This document shows positions 24,701 to 36,800 of a stretch of 64,000 nucleotides of DNA, in pieces (positions within the stretch are counted from its first letter, which is position 1; the number at the start of each line of letters is the position of its first letter). Source of the DNA: Amoebophrya sp. A120 (taxonomy: Eukaryota > Protista > Dinoflagellata); assembly GCA_905178155.1 (NCBI GenBank), contig CAJINV010000004.1, positions 7,756,771 to 7,820,770 on the forward strand, in the 5' to 3' direction. The notes under the pieces are model-generated. The model was given only the letters and a program-made list of their open reading frames with translations. It was not told the DNA's origin and did not search any database. The position numbers and the translations under genes are program-made.

Positions 24701-27224
24701 TCAGGAAGCCCTCGAAAAATCTGTGATGCTAGGTCATGCATAACAGACATCCTGGGTCATGCAAAATATGCATGACAAACCCGGCAACATTCCAGACCCA
24801 GACATTTTTGCATTTGATAGACTCCGCTTCGTCGCAGTCCGAGTTCGGGAAAACGACGCTCGAGGGCCTCACGGTGCTGCCTATGCGTTGCAAATATGTC
24901 TGGGTCTGGAAACTTGTAATGCTGAGCTGTGAATACTGAATGGTCTGTAATGCATAGCCAAGCATGAAAAATATTTACGGGGCTTGTTAGTGTTGCGTTT
25001 TCCGCATGACAAACATCGTTTTTGCATGACAAGCAAAAGGGTCTCTTCTTGGACACGCATCACAGACTTTTCAGTCATGCCAGACAAGCATGACAAACCT
25101 TGCACATATTTGCATTTGATACTGCCCGCGAACTCGCAACTGCTGCTGCTCGCGTTCCTGCGGCCCCGGCAGTGCGGTCCGGAGAAGGTGGAGGTGCTGG
25201 TGGACTTGGACCGGAAACGGCTTCTGTACCTGAAACTTCTCGGGCACTCGCACTACATGAACTTTCACCTGTCGAAACTCAACCGCATCAACGCGTTGCG
25301 CGCCGCGCTCAGCCGCGTCTTTTTCCAGAAGAAAATCGCCGACCAGAGCGACGTGTTGCGGACCATCGGGATCCTTTTTGAAAACGAGGAGGAGGAGGAA
25401 ACGGGGCAGCGGACCGGCGGTCAGGCGGAGGTAAAGCAGGAGAGCAGAAACACTGGCAGCCACGTGACCAATTTCGGGCAGGTGTGGCTACCCTTGGAAG
25501 AGCAGCACGTCCGGTGCGCATCGGACCTGCAGTCGTTTCAGACCACGAGCAGAACGGGGGGTACAGGAACCAGTGGCAGTAGGAAAACGACGGTACTGGT
25601 ACGGTGTGCGCTATATTAGCGCTCTCTTTGGGTGTTTGTACGTGAAGTAGATATTTTTACGAGCAACTTCTTTTCCTTTTCGAACAAACTTGCCGTAACA
25701 AAATGTATCTACTTCTGAAGGAGCATACATGTCTAAGTACCGAGGCAAAAAAATTCGAACAGGGATCCTCCTCCTCCAGAAAACCTGGCATGCCCACAAG
25801 TTCGGCAAGCAGCTCCAGTAGCGGACAGCAATTTTTCAGTTTTTCTTCTTCGCAATTTGTCGCCTGGGATGACAAAAAGGACGATACTGCCGATAACAAC
25901 GACGACCAAAGGGAAAACGAACACGATCAAGAACCCTCGGAGGAAGAGGAAATTCGAAACGGAATTATACTTGCAGGGGAGAATCATGAAGGAGGCAATG
26001 AGGCTCGAAACAAGCAGCGGGGACAACTAGAATACGACTGCGGCTCTGCGCATGATCCCAATTTGGTAGGAGACGACCATGCGACCGCGGACTCGGAGTA
26101 CCACGTGCTGCTCCCTCCGCTGCTTCTCCTGCAGCAGATCGAGACCCTGGAAAGAGCAAGACGAGAGGCGAAAAGCCTCGCGGAAGGTGCCGTGGAGCAA
26201 GTCCGGAGTATGCATTGCAAATATGTCATCTGGGTCTGGAAATTTGTGATGCTAAAACGTGCATGATGAAAACACTTCCTTATGCGGGAAAGCATGACAA
26301 GTTTGCAGAACGCTTTCTCATACGCGCCCCGCATGAGAAACTGCGTTTTTGTACGACGGGAGGGGCTGCGACTTTTGTTGGTCATGCAACACAGGTTTCG
26401 CAGGAATGCAAAACCAGCATTACAGGTTCCAACTTTCCAGACTCAGACACTTTTGCATTTGATACGGAGACTGGAGAAGCAATTGGGACCACGAGATCAA
26501 CAACATGCGGGCTCCTTTCCGACGTTTTTTGCCCGTCTCAGCGACCAGCACGACCTGCTCGGACGCTTGTCGGCCAACCTGCATTTGCGCGTGCAATACG
26601 GATTGCAAATATGTCTGGGTCTGGAAGAGCCAAACTTGTGATGCTGCATTTGGATGCTAAAAAAAGCTGTATTGCATGAGCAGCAAGAGGAGTCAAATTT
26701 GGCTACGCGGAGAGGGCATTTGTCATGCAGGATGCGCATCGATAGGCGCTCAAAAAATCTGTGATGCTATGGCATACATCGGAGACATCATGGATCATGG
26801 AAAATGTGCATGACAAACTTCTCCTCTTCCAGACCCAGACACTTTTGCATTCCATATGCAACAGAACCGGCCGGACGACCACTCCCTGCAGCAGGACGTC
26901 GCCGACTTTCCCCGGCGGGCCCGGGAGCTGACCGGCAGCGCGGAAAAGTACTTTGCGGAGGCGGACGCCGTGCGGGCGCAGGCCGCGCAGCTGGCGGAGC
27001 CCTTCGTGACCCCGACCGCGGAGCAACTCAGCAACTTGTCCTCCACCGTCGGAGCCACCAACTACAAGCAAGTGGCGAAAAAGCTGAAGGTGTCGCTGCG
27101 GGAAATCGCGCGACAGCTGCGCCAGCACGGCGAGCGGAAGCTGGAGCAGATGCGCGCGTGGGTGCAGGGGGCGGAAGCGCTGGGGCAGCAGTACTGGGCG
27201 GTCATGATGGGGGTGCAACAGTGA
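15800..27224 (+). CDS. DEAH-box RNA helicase, spindle-E/TDRD9-like, with polyQ N-terminus and a long low-complexity insertion; 14 introners plus one probable GT-AG intron (about 25593/25599-25720)
   Basis: Motifs GETGCGKS, TQPRRLAC, VGY, TTGYLL, DEIHER, LMS|AT, LVFLPG, LHS, IAESSLT, SQRSGRCGR and HA2-like ITLLGQLAIQLPLD are restored by removing elements; stop TGA at 27224. Confidence 0.88.
15806..15910 (+). repeat. CAG-rich coding repeat (polyglutamine)
   Basis: Encodes LQQQQMFLLQQQMQLQQQQMQLQAQAQQLRAQQQH. Confidence 0.7.
17176..17319. mobile_element. Introner family D (right end ACA instead of ATA)
   Basis: Family D TIRs; TSD ATGTC; splits helicase motif III (MS|AT). Confidence 0.92.
17375..17595. 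mobile_element. Introner family E (single copy here)
   Basis: TIR TATGACAGTGCACAACTCCCCCTCCCCCTCATTTG...CAAATGAGGGGGAGGGGGAGTTGTGCACCCTCATA; TSD GGGCA. Confidence 0.92.
17642..17792. mobile_element. Introner family D
   Basis: Family D TIRs; TSD TCTTC; opposite orientation to 17176. Confidence 0.92.
18447..18596. mobile_element. Introner family D
   Basis: Family D TIRs; TSD CACCA/CAGCA; splits helicase motif V. Confidence 0.9.
18802..19085. mobile_element. Introner family B
   Basis: Family B TIRs; TSD GGCTG/GGTTC. Confidence 0.9.
19150..19302. mobile_element. Introner family D
   Basis: Family D TIRs; TSD GAGCG. Confidence 0.92.
19469..19721. mobile_element. Introner family A
   Basis: Family A TIRs; TSD CCTCA. 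Confidence 0.92.
19868..20121. mobile_element. Introner family A
   Basis: Family A TIRs; TSD CGCGC. Confidence 0.92.
23419..23728. mobile_element. Introner family G (single copy here)
   Basis: TIR TATGGGGGTGTCAGAATCGAAA...TTTCGATCCTGACACTCCCATA; TSD ATGCA. Confidence 0.9.
24107..24233. mobile_element. Introner family D (127 bp, the shortest)
   Basis: Family D TIRs; TSD TGCAG. Confidence 0.92.
24556..24819. mobile_element. Introner family A
   Basis: Family A TIRs; TSD TACTC/GACTC. Confidence 0.9.
24882..25121. mobile_element. Introner family A with a partly deleted right TIR
   Basis: Left TIR intact; right end reads only CATATTTGCATTTGATA; TSD CTGCC. Confidence 0.9.
26209..26464. mobile_element. 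Introner family A
   Basis: Family A TIRs; TSD CGGAG. Confidence 0.92.
26597..26856. mobile_element. Introner family A (left end TAC)
   Basis: Family A TIRs; TSD TGCAA. Confidence 0.92.
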
Positions 27225-27805
27225 GATGATTTGCTCGAGGAACAACGGAAGCCAGATTTAATTCTGAAGAGAGAGCTGGTGTGATGCAAAGGCAAAGCGT
27301 TCTACTGCAAGTACCTACATGAGTAGCAAACAAGCCGAGCTTGTTCTCCTTATGGGTACGCTTGAAATTGTTGCCTAACGCGTGCTCTGATCAATGTTTG
27401 AAGCAAGCGGCATTGTGTTTGGTGAGAGTGACTGAAGCCAAGGCACTTACTTTGGCTTTGTGTTTGTCGATGAGATGAGAGTTGTCGCCGTCTGGTAGAC
27501 TTGTATGCATTGTTCGCACAGGAGTGATGTGGATATGTGTGTTCCGTTCAGTCGCTGCGGCTCTGATTCATGTGGATCGTTCTCGTCTGCTCGTCATGCA
27601 ACCTGAAACGAAGTCGGGGAGAGTTGCGGAGAACAGGCAACTGACGCGGTGCCAATTGCTAGAAAGCCTCCAAAGAGTGTGGTTGTGGAGAGTCATGAGC
27701 GAACAAGCGGTGCAACACCAGTCTTCCTCTTTCCATGCCTACAAGGTCAAACTAATAATTTGCCCGGTGTGCAGTGCAGTTTTGCTATGCAGGGAGTTCT
27801 GCTTA

Positions 27806-28047
27806 GGGGACTTCAGGTGGCCCGATTTTGGGCCCGCCGCGGCCGGCCGCAAACCGGGGCTGCCCTCGCGGGCCGTGGCGTCGTGTTTCGGGGACTTCAG
27901 GTGGCCAGATTTTGGGCGCCCCGCGGGGGGCCGCAAACCGGGGCTGCCCTCGCGGGTCGTGGCGTCGTGTTTCGGGGACTTCAGGTGGCCAGATTTTGGG
28001 CGCCCCGCGGGGGGCCGCAAACCGGGGTTGCCCTCGGGGACCGTGGC
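27806..28047. repeat. GC-rich tandem repeat, 84-bp unit, about 2.9 copies
   Basis: GGGGACTTCAGGTGGCC.GATTTTGGGC... recurs at 27806, 27890 and 27974. Confidence 0.92.
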
Positions 28048-30076
28048 TCCGCGGCGAGGGAACTTGAGTTGAGAGAACGCGAGAGTTGTTGCTAGAATTT
28101 GTGAGAGACTATGATGGACTCTGTATTGTTTTAGGGTCGTATAGCCATCGGTTGCACTTTTCGTCACCGCAGTTCGGCCACCTACTGCCGATGTCGAACG
28201 ATTTCTGTATGCAAATGCTTGCAACTTCAATTTTTCCTTCGCGTTGAATTTTCGTGTACTTCTGAACCCCTCTTACTGCGGAAATCGAATGAAAAGCCTA
28301 AGTGCTACATGAGATCATGACAATAGAAATCCAACAACTCAGCTTCCATCTCTAGAAAAATAAAATGAATTCCAATTTGAACTCATATATCATAGTTCAC
28401 ATAAAATGACGAGTGGTGCATCAGCACCAAGTGCTGACCACGTCGTCACCTAGTTTTTCTTGCCCCGGCCCTGTACACCAGAAATAAGCCCGGCCTTGTA
28501 CTACACCACCGGTGGCGAAGGATCCGATAACGCAGTTCCAAGAACGCAAACTATTTTTTCCGCGCCATCTTCTTCGCTGTGCAGCCCGTGTTGTCTTCTC
28601 ACCATGGGCATTTTATTCCATCCAACGGCGGGAGGCGACGATCCGTCGAGCGTGCTGACTCTATTGACTTCGTTTCTCGCGAGAAAAGGAAGTTCGCTCG
28701 GGGTAGATGCGGCACCGGGAAATAATTCTTCGCTTGACGACTGGAGTCAGGTAGATTTTGTGATCATAATGTGTTCGTTGCAAAGACGAAGGCCCACTGC
28801 TGGATGCTTTTTGATTCCCGGCGAAGATGCAACGTCGTGGCCTGAAAACGCAAAATTATCGAGCAGCTTCAATTGTGACTACATACAGGTTGACGCTGTA
28901 GTCGCGCGGCAAAAATCCCGGCGCATGCAGACGCTGCGTAGTCCGGAGCATTTTTACGACCTGGACCAGAAGCTGTACGGGACGAAGCTGCCACCCAATA
29001 CAGCGCATCTCCCCAAACTCGGGGGGGGGGGGTACGGCAACGGACCACTCGGCGACGCGATGCCGACAATACGCAGAGGCGCGCAAGGTTCATTTTTTTT
29101 TGCTTGAAGTTTGGCTGCCATGGCAAGGCTGTGACTGTGTTGCATGAGCGACGACGTGTGCTGCTAAATGATTTACGCGCTGCGTTTAGCAAAGAAACGC
29201 AAGCACAACACACACGCAGGCGGAAAGGAAGGTCCAAGTGGGTTCAGCTCGCCGCAGCACGTTCCCAGGATGGAAGCCGACGTCCAAACGCGTGTCAAAG
29301 CGAGCGGCTCTGCTCTGGAAAGTACTTCTTTGCAGGATATGTGTTGCATAAGTACTGAATTTGCTTTCCCAACATATTGAGCTTCGCGTGAAGAAATGCA
29401 TTACAGATTTCACCGTATGTGCTTTATTTGATTGAAACAGGAGCGCACAACGTCCCTGCCGGCAACGCCGGCGATAACGCCCTGCCTCTAAGCGACAAGC
29501 ACCCGATTGCAGGCAACCGCCAACGTGCATCCGGGAATGGTCTCGGCCGCATACCAGGTAATTGATAAAGTATTTTGATCAGCCCGTTCGTAGCTTTGGA
29601 ATTCAAATTTTCAGGCCCACTTCTTTCGTTTGCTAATCTGCGAGTTTGAATTACTTGTAGTCACAGCTAAAAGTTGTTCGACGAAAATCCCACTCACAGG
29701 TACGCCGGTTATCGCGCATGAGCATGGTATTGTGGCCTCGCAGCGGAAGACGGGGGTGTCCATACATTCACGAGAGCCTTCACTTCGCAGTATCGAGAAC
29801 TTTCACGACATGAATGACCCGAACCGGTACGGGGAAAAACGGTCTTTGGCAGTTATGGGTGATGCAGTGCGGGTCGGTGGAGACGTGTCCGTGGCCGACG
29901 TTGGGTTGTGGCGGGCTGGGAGAAGGAGCATCCGCAGTATGATTTGGTTGTCCTCGCTTGAAGTCAATTCACTCTCAACGCATGACAGTTGGTATTCGCT
30001 TTCGCTTTCGCATCATTGCCTGTTTATAACATAATTTTGGCTTTCCAAATTCCAATCCAACACAGCTGGCGGACAA

Positions 30077-32761
30077 GTGGAGCAAAGCGTCTTCAAGATC
30101 CCTCAGCTGGACGATCTCTCGGTCGCTTCGAGAACCTCCGTGAAGCCAAGTCCCTCCGTGTTTAGAAGTTCGAGAAGTTCTGCTTTCATCAACGAGGAGG
30201 TGCAGTCGCAGCGGCCCATCACGGGGAACTCCAGTAGCTCTAGTAGTACGGGGCCAATCAACTACTACAACAACCGAAAAGTCGTTTCCAATAGTGTCGG
30301 ACTCACATCAGTTCCGCCTCGGTCTGCGCAGGATTTCTTAAGTCCTTCGAGCACGACGGCAGCCTCTTCCGGCAAGAGCAAGTTGCTAATGGAACACGTT
30401 GGACAAGGACATGGCTCTGGTGGTGGCCGCGTTTTAACTGATCCCGGAAAAGAGGACCAGTCCGGCTCCGCAATAACCGTGGGCGCGAACAAAAGGCTGC
30501 CGAGACCTTTTCTCCGTGGTCAAGACGCTTCTTCTGCTGGAACAGGTCCCCACGTCGGGGGGGTTGACAACAAGTTGTTAGGCAGTCGTAACGACACAGG
30601 CGAGCAGAGCCACGTCGGTTCAACCCCGACTTTCGCCAAAGCTCCAAGTCAAAGTTCACCTGCAGTGAGAAGGCAGTTCGTCTCATCTTTGTCTGGCGAC
30701 ATTCGATTGGCCGAGTCCGGGCAGAGCAGGAAGAGCAAACTTGTCGGCGTCGGAGAGATGAGCTCCGGGGCGACGACTGCAACGAAACACGTGGCGCAAC
30801 CAGTCGCGCACAAACCAGTCGCGAATTCGCACGGGACCAGCCTCTTGACGCCGTCGCTGCATCGTAAAACCTCCAGTTCTTTTCCCGGCACCGATGAAAA
30901 CCAGGCCGATGTCGACGAGCATGTAGTACAAACTGCAGTGCCAGAAGACGAGGCCATCTTGAATGCAATTGATGCAGACCAAAACGCCGATGACGATCAA
31001 GTTCAGAAGGCCTTGGACGACGCTGACGCAGCTTGGTCAAAGAACATCTTGGACTGGAGTGCCGATGATCTCGAAGACCTTCCGGCGGAAGATCCGCGCT
31101 GTGGAGTGTTTTATAATACTTCCCACGGGGATAGCGACATTGCAGAGGCGGACGCATTTGACGTGCCCGGAAACGTGGACCTTGTTTTCGGAACTCCGCC
31201 TGGCAATTATTTTGAGTGGTTTGCAGACGTCGCGCCAACGTTGAAGTTGAAAAAACTAGCAGTTGATGCGGTAACACGGTTGGACGACTTTATTGCAGCA
31301 CCGAATCTCGGAACGGCGAGTCGCAACCGGGTCGGCCCTCCGGGTTCCGCCGCTAAATCGCTGGCCTCAACCTCGGGCGCAAGGGTAATCGCGGCAGCAA
31401 TGAATAAAGTTTTCGACCCGGAAATGAAGAAGGGAATAATCTTCGGAAGCCGAGAAGGGACGGAGATGTACACACTTCACCTTCCTCGACATCGTCGTCT
31501 TCATCTTTTGAACTACATCAGGAAGAACTTGCGCAATTGGAGTTTATTTCATGTCGCTTCTCGAAGGCAACTAAACCAGAAGCTCGTTGTCAAAGACGAC
31601 GAGGTCCACGAATGTTTCTACATGTGGAAGAAGCGGCGAAAGCAGAAAGCACAAAACCCAGCCGCGTCAGAGTCGGATTCTCAAGAACCACGCGCGGGAG
31701 GCGAGACCACACCGGCAGAAGCTGACACGGAAAACCAAGGCCCGGCAGAAGCTGTTCTCGACGACGTAGTTCCTGTGCGAGTCGCTTGTGGACCGAAAGG
31801 TGAGCTGCCGTCGCACAAGGATGAGGTGGGCAATTCAGTCGCCGCAGTCCATCTTCATGATTTTGATCTCCAGTCTCTCACCAAGTGGATTTCTACTTTT
31901 CCGGGCCTACGGTGCAAAAATAGAACTCTGATAAGCAACCACTGTCGCCACCTCAATATAGAAGACGCCTACACACCAACACCGGATGCGGCACGGAGGA
32001 TAGAGAAAGCGACTTTGCAGCGGCAGAGATCGTTTCAGGCGGACGATACAACGACAAGCGACCCACGACTTACCGCGGCAGCGCCACAGGGGGCACCAAA
32101 TGCCGGCCCGACAGCTGAAAGCAGGCAACTTGCTGCAGACCTTGCGGGAGTATTCGGAAGTTCGGTAGTGGCGAGTGAAGGTTTGTGTCGTTCGGCAGGA
32201 CACTATTTCGAAATGCTTCGTGCAGATCTCGCAAACCCACACATTCGCGGAAAGATGGACTTTTTCGACCATGAAGAGCGCCATCTGGACGCTGTCAAGG
32301 CCTTGGCAGCAGCCCGAAGCACCAAGGCCGAAGCGGTGGAAGCGATAAAAGATGTCTCCGAGGAAATGAAAGCAAAGTGTGAAGCAGAACAGCTGCAAGA
32401 AAAAGAGGAACTACAAGCACGACTTCAACCTGTAATGGCCGGCCGAAGGGGCAGAGGAGGTGCACATTTGAACGCCCGGCGGAGGGAGCTGCAAGAGCTT
32501 GAGGAGAAGTTTGCAAACCTTAAAAGGAAGATCAGCGATGACGCCACTGAGGACGAGAAATTCCTCTCCATGATTGCTCCTGCTGGTGACGAGGATGCAT
32601 ATTCGGCAGCAAGTGATCCGCTTAGCGGTCCAGCGTCTGGATCGGACCGAAGACAAACCGACAGTGACCATTTCCAACCCATTACCGGAGACTCGTCTCT
32701 GGATATAGATGACAACGGAAGCGAGATTGGTGCTGTCGCTGAGGATGACCCAAACAACTAA
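30077..32761 (+). CDS. Hypothetical protein (894-aa ORF, possibly the last exon of a longer gene)
   Basis: Long stop-free ORF; S/A/D/E-rich with a coiled-coil-like C-terminal part; possible acceptor CACAG at about 30065; no recognised domain. Confidence 0.7.
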   Translation: MEQSVFKIPQLDDLSVASRTSVKPSPSVFRSSRSSAFINEEVQSQRPITGNSSSSSSTGPINYYNNRKVVSNSVGLTSVPPRSAQDFLSPSSTTAASSGKSKLLMEHVGQGHGSGGGRVLTDPGKEDQSGSAITVGANKRLPRPFLRGQDASSAGTGPHVGGVDNKLLGSRNDTGEQSHVGSTPTFAKAPSQSSPAVRRQFVSSLSGDIRLAESGQSRKSKLVGVGEMSSGATTATKHVAQPVAHKPVANSHGTSLLTPSLHRKTSSSFPGTDENQADVDEHVVQTAVPEDEAILNAIDADQNADDDQVQKALDDADAAWSKNILDWSADDLEDLPAEDPRCGVFYNTSHGDSDIAEADAFDVPGNVDLVFGTPPGNYFEWFADVAPTLKLKKLAVDAVTRLDDFIAAPNLGTASRNRVGPPGSAAKSLASTSGARVIAAAMNKVFDPEMKKGIIFGSREGTEMYTLHLPRHRRLHLLNYIRKNLRNWSLFHVASRRQLNQKLVVKDDEVHECFYMWKKRRKQKAQNPAASESDSQEPRAGGETTPAEADTENQGPAEAVLDDVVPVRVACGPKGELPSHKDEVGNSVAAVHLHDFDLQSLTKWISTFPGLRCKNRTLISNHCRHLNIEDAYTPTPDAARRIEKATLQRQRSFQADDTTTSDPRLTAAAPQGAPNAGPTAESRQLAADLAGVFGSSVVASEGLCRSAGHYFEMLRADLANPHIRGKMDFFDHEERHLDAVKALAAARSTKAEAVEAIKDVSEEMKAKCEAEQLQEKEELQARLQPVMAGRRGRGGAHLNARRRELQELEEKFANLKRKISDDATEDEKFLSMIAPAGDEDAYSAASDPLSGPASGSDRRQTDSDHFQPITGDSSLDIDDNGSEIGAVAEDDPNN

Positions 32762-33823
32762 TTTTTCAGCCCTGAACAAAAAATCGACACCTGCTTTTTT
32801 TCACAATTTTCTGCAATATCGCCTGGAATCTGCCACGCACGATGAATACAAGAGGTTCCATCAAAATTGGAAAACACGGATGGTGTGAGGTGTAGAATCC
32901 GGAAGATATTGATCATCAGAATTACACATGATCAGCACGAACAAGATGCAGCTCGCTGCGACGTGGATGGTGTTGTGCAATGAGCGGCCTAGCTCTTGTC
33001 CCAATGGTTTTCCAATCGCCCAGCAGAACACGGCCGAGGATGAGGATTTTGTGTTTATCACTCTGTAAGATCATTCGGCATCGCACTTGTCTCGGACCGT
33101 TGATTCTGATTCCGCCTGCAAGGTGTAAGAAAGGGCGAAAAATATGTTCTCTGCTTTGGATCGGATAAGCAGGCTGCAGCTGAAAGTTCGAGCCTCATTT
33201 GTTCTGTTTTGGACTTCATTCGCAAGAGGCCGAGATCAAGTGAAGTTTCCGTTGCAGAGATTTACATTTTTCGCCTGTTCGTTCCTATACGTAAACGTCT
33301 TCCTATATCTTTGTGGCGCCCAAATGGGAGTTTTAAGTATTCATTGCAGTCGTGATTCGAGAGGCCAAGAAGAGATGAACTGCAGCCGCTTGCAGCTTCG
33401 TGAAAAGGGTTCGTCTGCAACTGTGGCGCATACCATGCCTTAACTACGGGGTGCTTATTCGTTATCGTTTTAACTTCGTATCGTTTGCGCTGATATGTGT
33501 TTGTCGTTACGGGTGCATCTTTTCTAGTATCGTATGGGGAAAATGAAAAACGCAGGTGTTGACACGTTGGTCACATGACGGCTCCACTGAGCCAGGCATT
33601 CTTCGCGATACATCACTTTCTGACGGAATCGGCAATGACAATCACCACTAGTCCTCCTAGAGCAACTTCAGTCAGTGGATTTTCTTGTAGGTCCAGTTTC
33701 AAAGCCGATCGTCAGTCTGATCAATCCGGTCATTTAGAGTCTAGACCTTCTCTTGGGGAATGTAGAAGGGGTTGGTTTGATTTTTTAAAACTAAGTAGAA
33801 CAAGGAAGCAGTCAAGGTCAAAT

Positions 33824-36800
33824 ATGTTGAAATACTCACGTCAGCGACCCCACCTGGAACGGCTCGCTGTCGCCGCCCTTCTGCCCTTCCTGATCCACTT
33901 GGCGGGGCTTTTGTCGTATGCACTCAGATTAAGCCGCCGGACTCCCCGCGGTAACAACGGCAGTAAGCCATCAGGGCAACAACAATCAGGAGAAGATTCT
34001 ACTTCAGAAGAGATCCGACCTCGCGCAGACCCATCTCCTCTTCACCCGGATGACGCAGAAGAGCAGAGGAAAGTCGAACTAGATCCACAAACTTCGTCTT
34101 CTCCAGAGAGGAACAGCAAGAATAAGAAATTCAATCAGGTATGGGACGTGTTCGTCGAAGACCTAAACCCGGCGGGCGCCGACTCGACGAAGATATTGTC
34201 GTCCGGTGATAAAACTAGAAAAGATGATGAAGCCGAAAGGAGTACAGGTGCTAGGAAAGGTATCGTCGAACCGCCGGCACCAGTTAATATTTCCGGAATA
34301 CTTGACAGCGGCGCCACGACAAGGAAAACTACCTCGTCCCGGCCGAGATACTTGCTTCGCCTGCGGGAAAACCGGCAGTTTATTTCGCGCGACGCTGAGC
34401 ACGTGGTTCTCAGCGGCAACAACACCGTTCTCGAGCGGTATTCGTTGCACGATCCCTCCACGAAAACCGCGTCCTGCCGCTACCTGCACGGCGAGGTGTG
34501 GGAGTTGCCCGTTCTTGGCGCCGGGCCAGCTTCTACTGGCGAGCCTGCTGATGTTCTTTCAGGCCTTAGAGGTAGCGAGGGGGATAATATTAAAGCAAAT
34601 GTTCTGCACCTCACCGAGCAGATGAGCGACGCAGTGACCACCGTAGAAGAGGACAGTAGTCCTGTTGGCAGCGTGATAAAGTCGATTCTGGACACCGCGA
34701 CAAACGTCGGCACGGTCGGGGGCCACTGGTGTCCCGGAGACCGCGGGGTCACCCTGCTGATTCGCATCCTGCAGGTGGAGGCGGAGGAGCCATCTGCTGC
34801 AGCAAGCCATAGTAAAGAAGAACATTCCGACTTGCCAAGTAAGACGTCGTCGAAAAAAACCAGCACGCCGGCCGCACCGCATCTCTTCGAGCGCGTCTTC
34901 ACCGTCGTGCCGCGGCGACCTTCAGGACAGGAACAAGAGCGTTCGGCGAAAAAGAATTTGTTGACCACCTCTAGTCCCCGCCTTGGTGCCTATGGCAGTA
35001 CCGGGGCATTGAAAGACGTCGACGATCCCCAGCTAGCGGCATCCGCCCGTCAAGACGACGACCAGTTACGCCGAGATTTCGAGTCTGCGCTCCACAACCT
35101 GCCGCACCAAATCGAAATGTCCTACGAGCATAGGCAAGGTACTTTCGACGCGGCTTCGGCCGACGACGTTGAGGCCGCGCTGGAGCTTCCCCACTCGTTT
35201 CTTCAAATGGCGGCGACGTGGCGTGCGAGTGTGAGTCTCTTGCACAAGAACGCTAGGATGAAAAGTGAACACGCACACGCACACGCTGTGGCCAGCCGCG
35301 AAGGGGAAAAAACGTTGAGTCAGATCGGTGCAAGGGTTCTGAAAAAAACGAAGTTGCTCAAGAAGGTTTCGAAGGAAGCTGATGAACAGCAAGCGACGAG
35401 CACGAAATTCGTCGAAGTTCTGGTTGTGAATGACGCGTCGCGGTTGCAGCAGTTTAACGGCGACCGGGCTGCTCAGGCCGCGGACGCCACTGCGGTCATG
35501 AACGTGGCGCACGCCATCTACGCACACGGGCACAACAACTTTCCCCACGACATCCGCGTGGTGATGGTCGGGATTATGACCTTCGCGGACAGGGACCCCT
35601 ACGAGGACGGGCTGGTGGGCGCATACTATCAAATGTAAAAATGTCTGGGTCTGGAAGAATGCAACTTGTCATGCTAAATCTGAAGCATGTAAAAATCTGT
35701 GTTGCATGATTACCAAAAGTCGTCCAGTTTTGCCCAAGTCGGGAGGGAGTTTCTCATGCAGGATAGGCATGAGAGAGATCGCACAGAATCTGTCACGCTA
35801 GGTCCTGCATTCCAGACCTCATGGGTCATGGAAAAGCAGCATGACAAATCGCGCATTCTTCCAGACCCAGACATTTTTGCATTTGATACATACAGCAACC
35901 GGACGAAGGACGACGGCACGGTGGTGCTCGAGATCAGCAGCAACACCCTGCTCCGAAAGTTTTACGAGTGGGCCCACGCGGAACAAACGGCGGGCAATCT
36001 AAAGCCGTCGGACAACCGGGTCTTGCTTTCGGGCCGCGACTTCGACAGCGTAACCGTCGGGCTGGCCAACGTGGGGTCGATGTGCAATGTGCACGACTCC
36101 GGTTCCATCAACGCTTGCCACGGCCCCTACCGGGACTCGAGTCCCAGCGAACTGAGCGCGACCTCACCCGACCCCAACTGGGGCACCGCGGATGGGAAGT
36201 ATGTTGTGCGGTGCGCGCAGATCGTCGCGCACGTATGAACTTGGAAATGATTTATAGCATCGTACTTACTCAGTAGTATATTGCATGACAATTTTTTTGA
36301 GAAACAAGAAATGGGCTCATATTGCCATGCGGAGCAAGCAGACTCGGAGCAGGAGAATATTGAATCAGTCATTATGATATTACTGCAATTACGAGTACGA
36401 CTGCAACACACGATTTTTGCAGAGGATAATACGAACTGGGGCACAACTTCAACATGAACCATGACGACGGACAGGGCACCGACGCGGCGGCACCCGCCGG
36501 GGAAACCTCCGAGAGCAGTGTCGCAGAGCACTTCAAGGAACATGAAGCTGGACATAGCCACGGCTCGTCGCATCTTCAAGCCGTGCAAGCGCAAGAGGGC
36601 AGCGACGACGAAGAGGTTATCGTCTATGAGCCTCCGAAGTCCGTTTTCGAGACTGAGGGACATGAGCCCGAGCTGGAGGCGGGACGGTATTCGCAAGAGG
36701 CCGAAGTAGATCCCGGGTTCCGCAACGCCGTGGTGGCCGTGCAGGGGAGTAGTTTGCAACAGGACCGCGCGCATTCTAGTAGTACGCACCCGGCCCCGCC

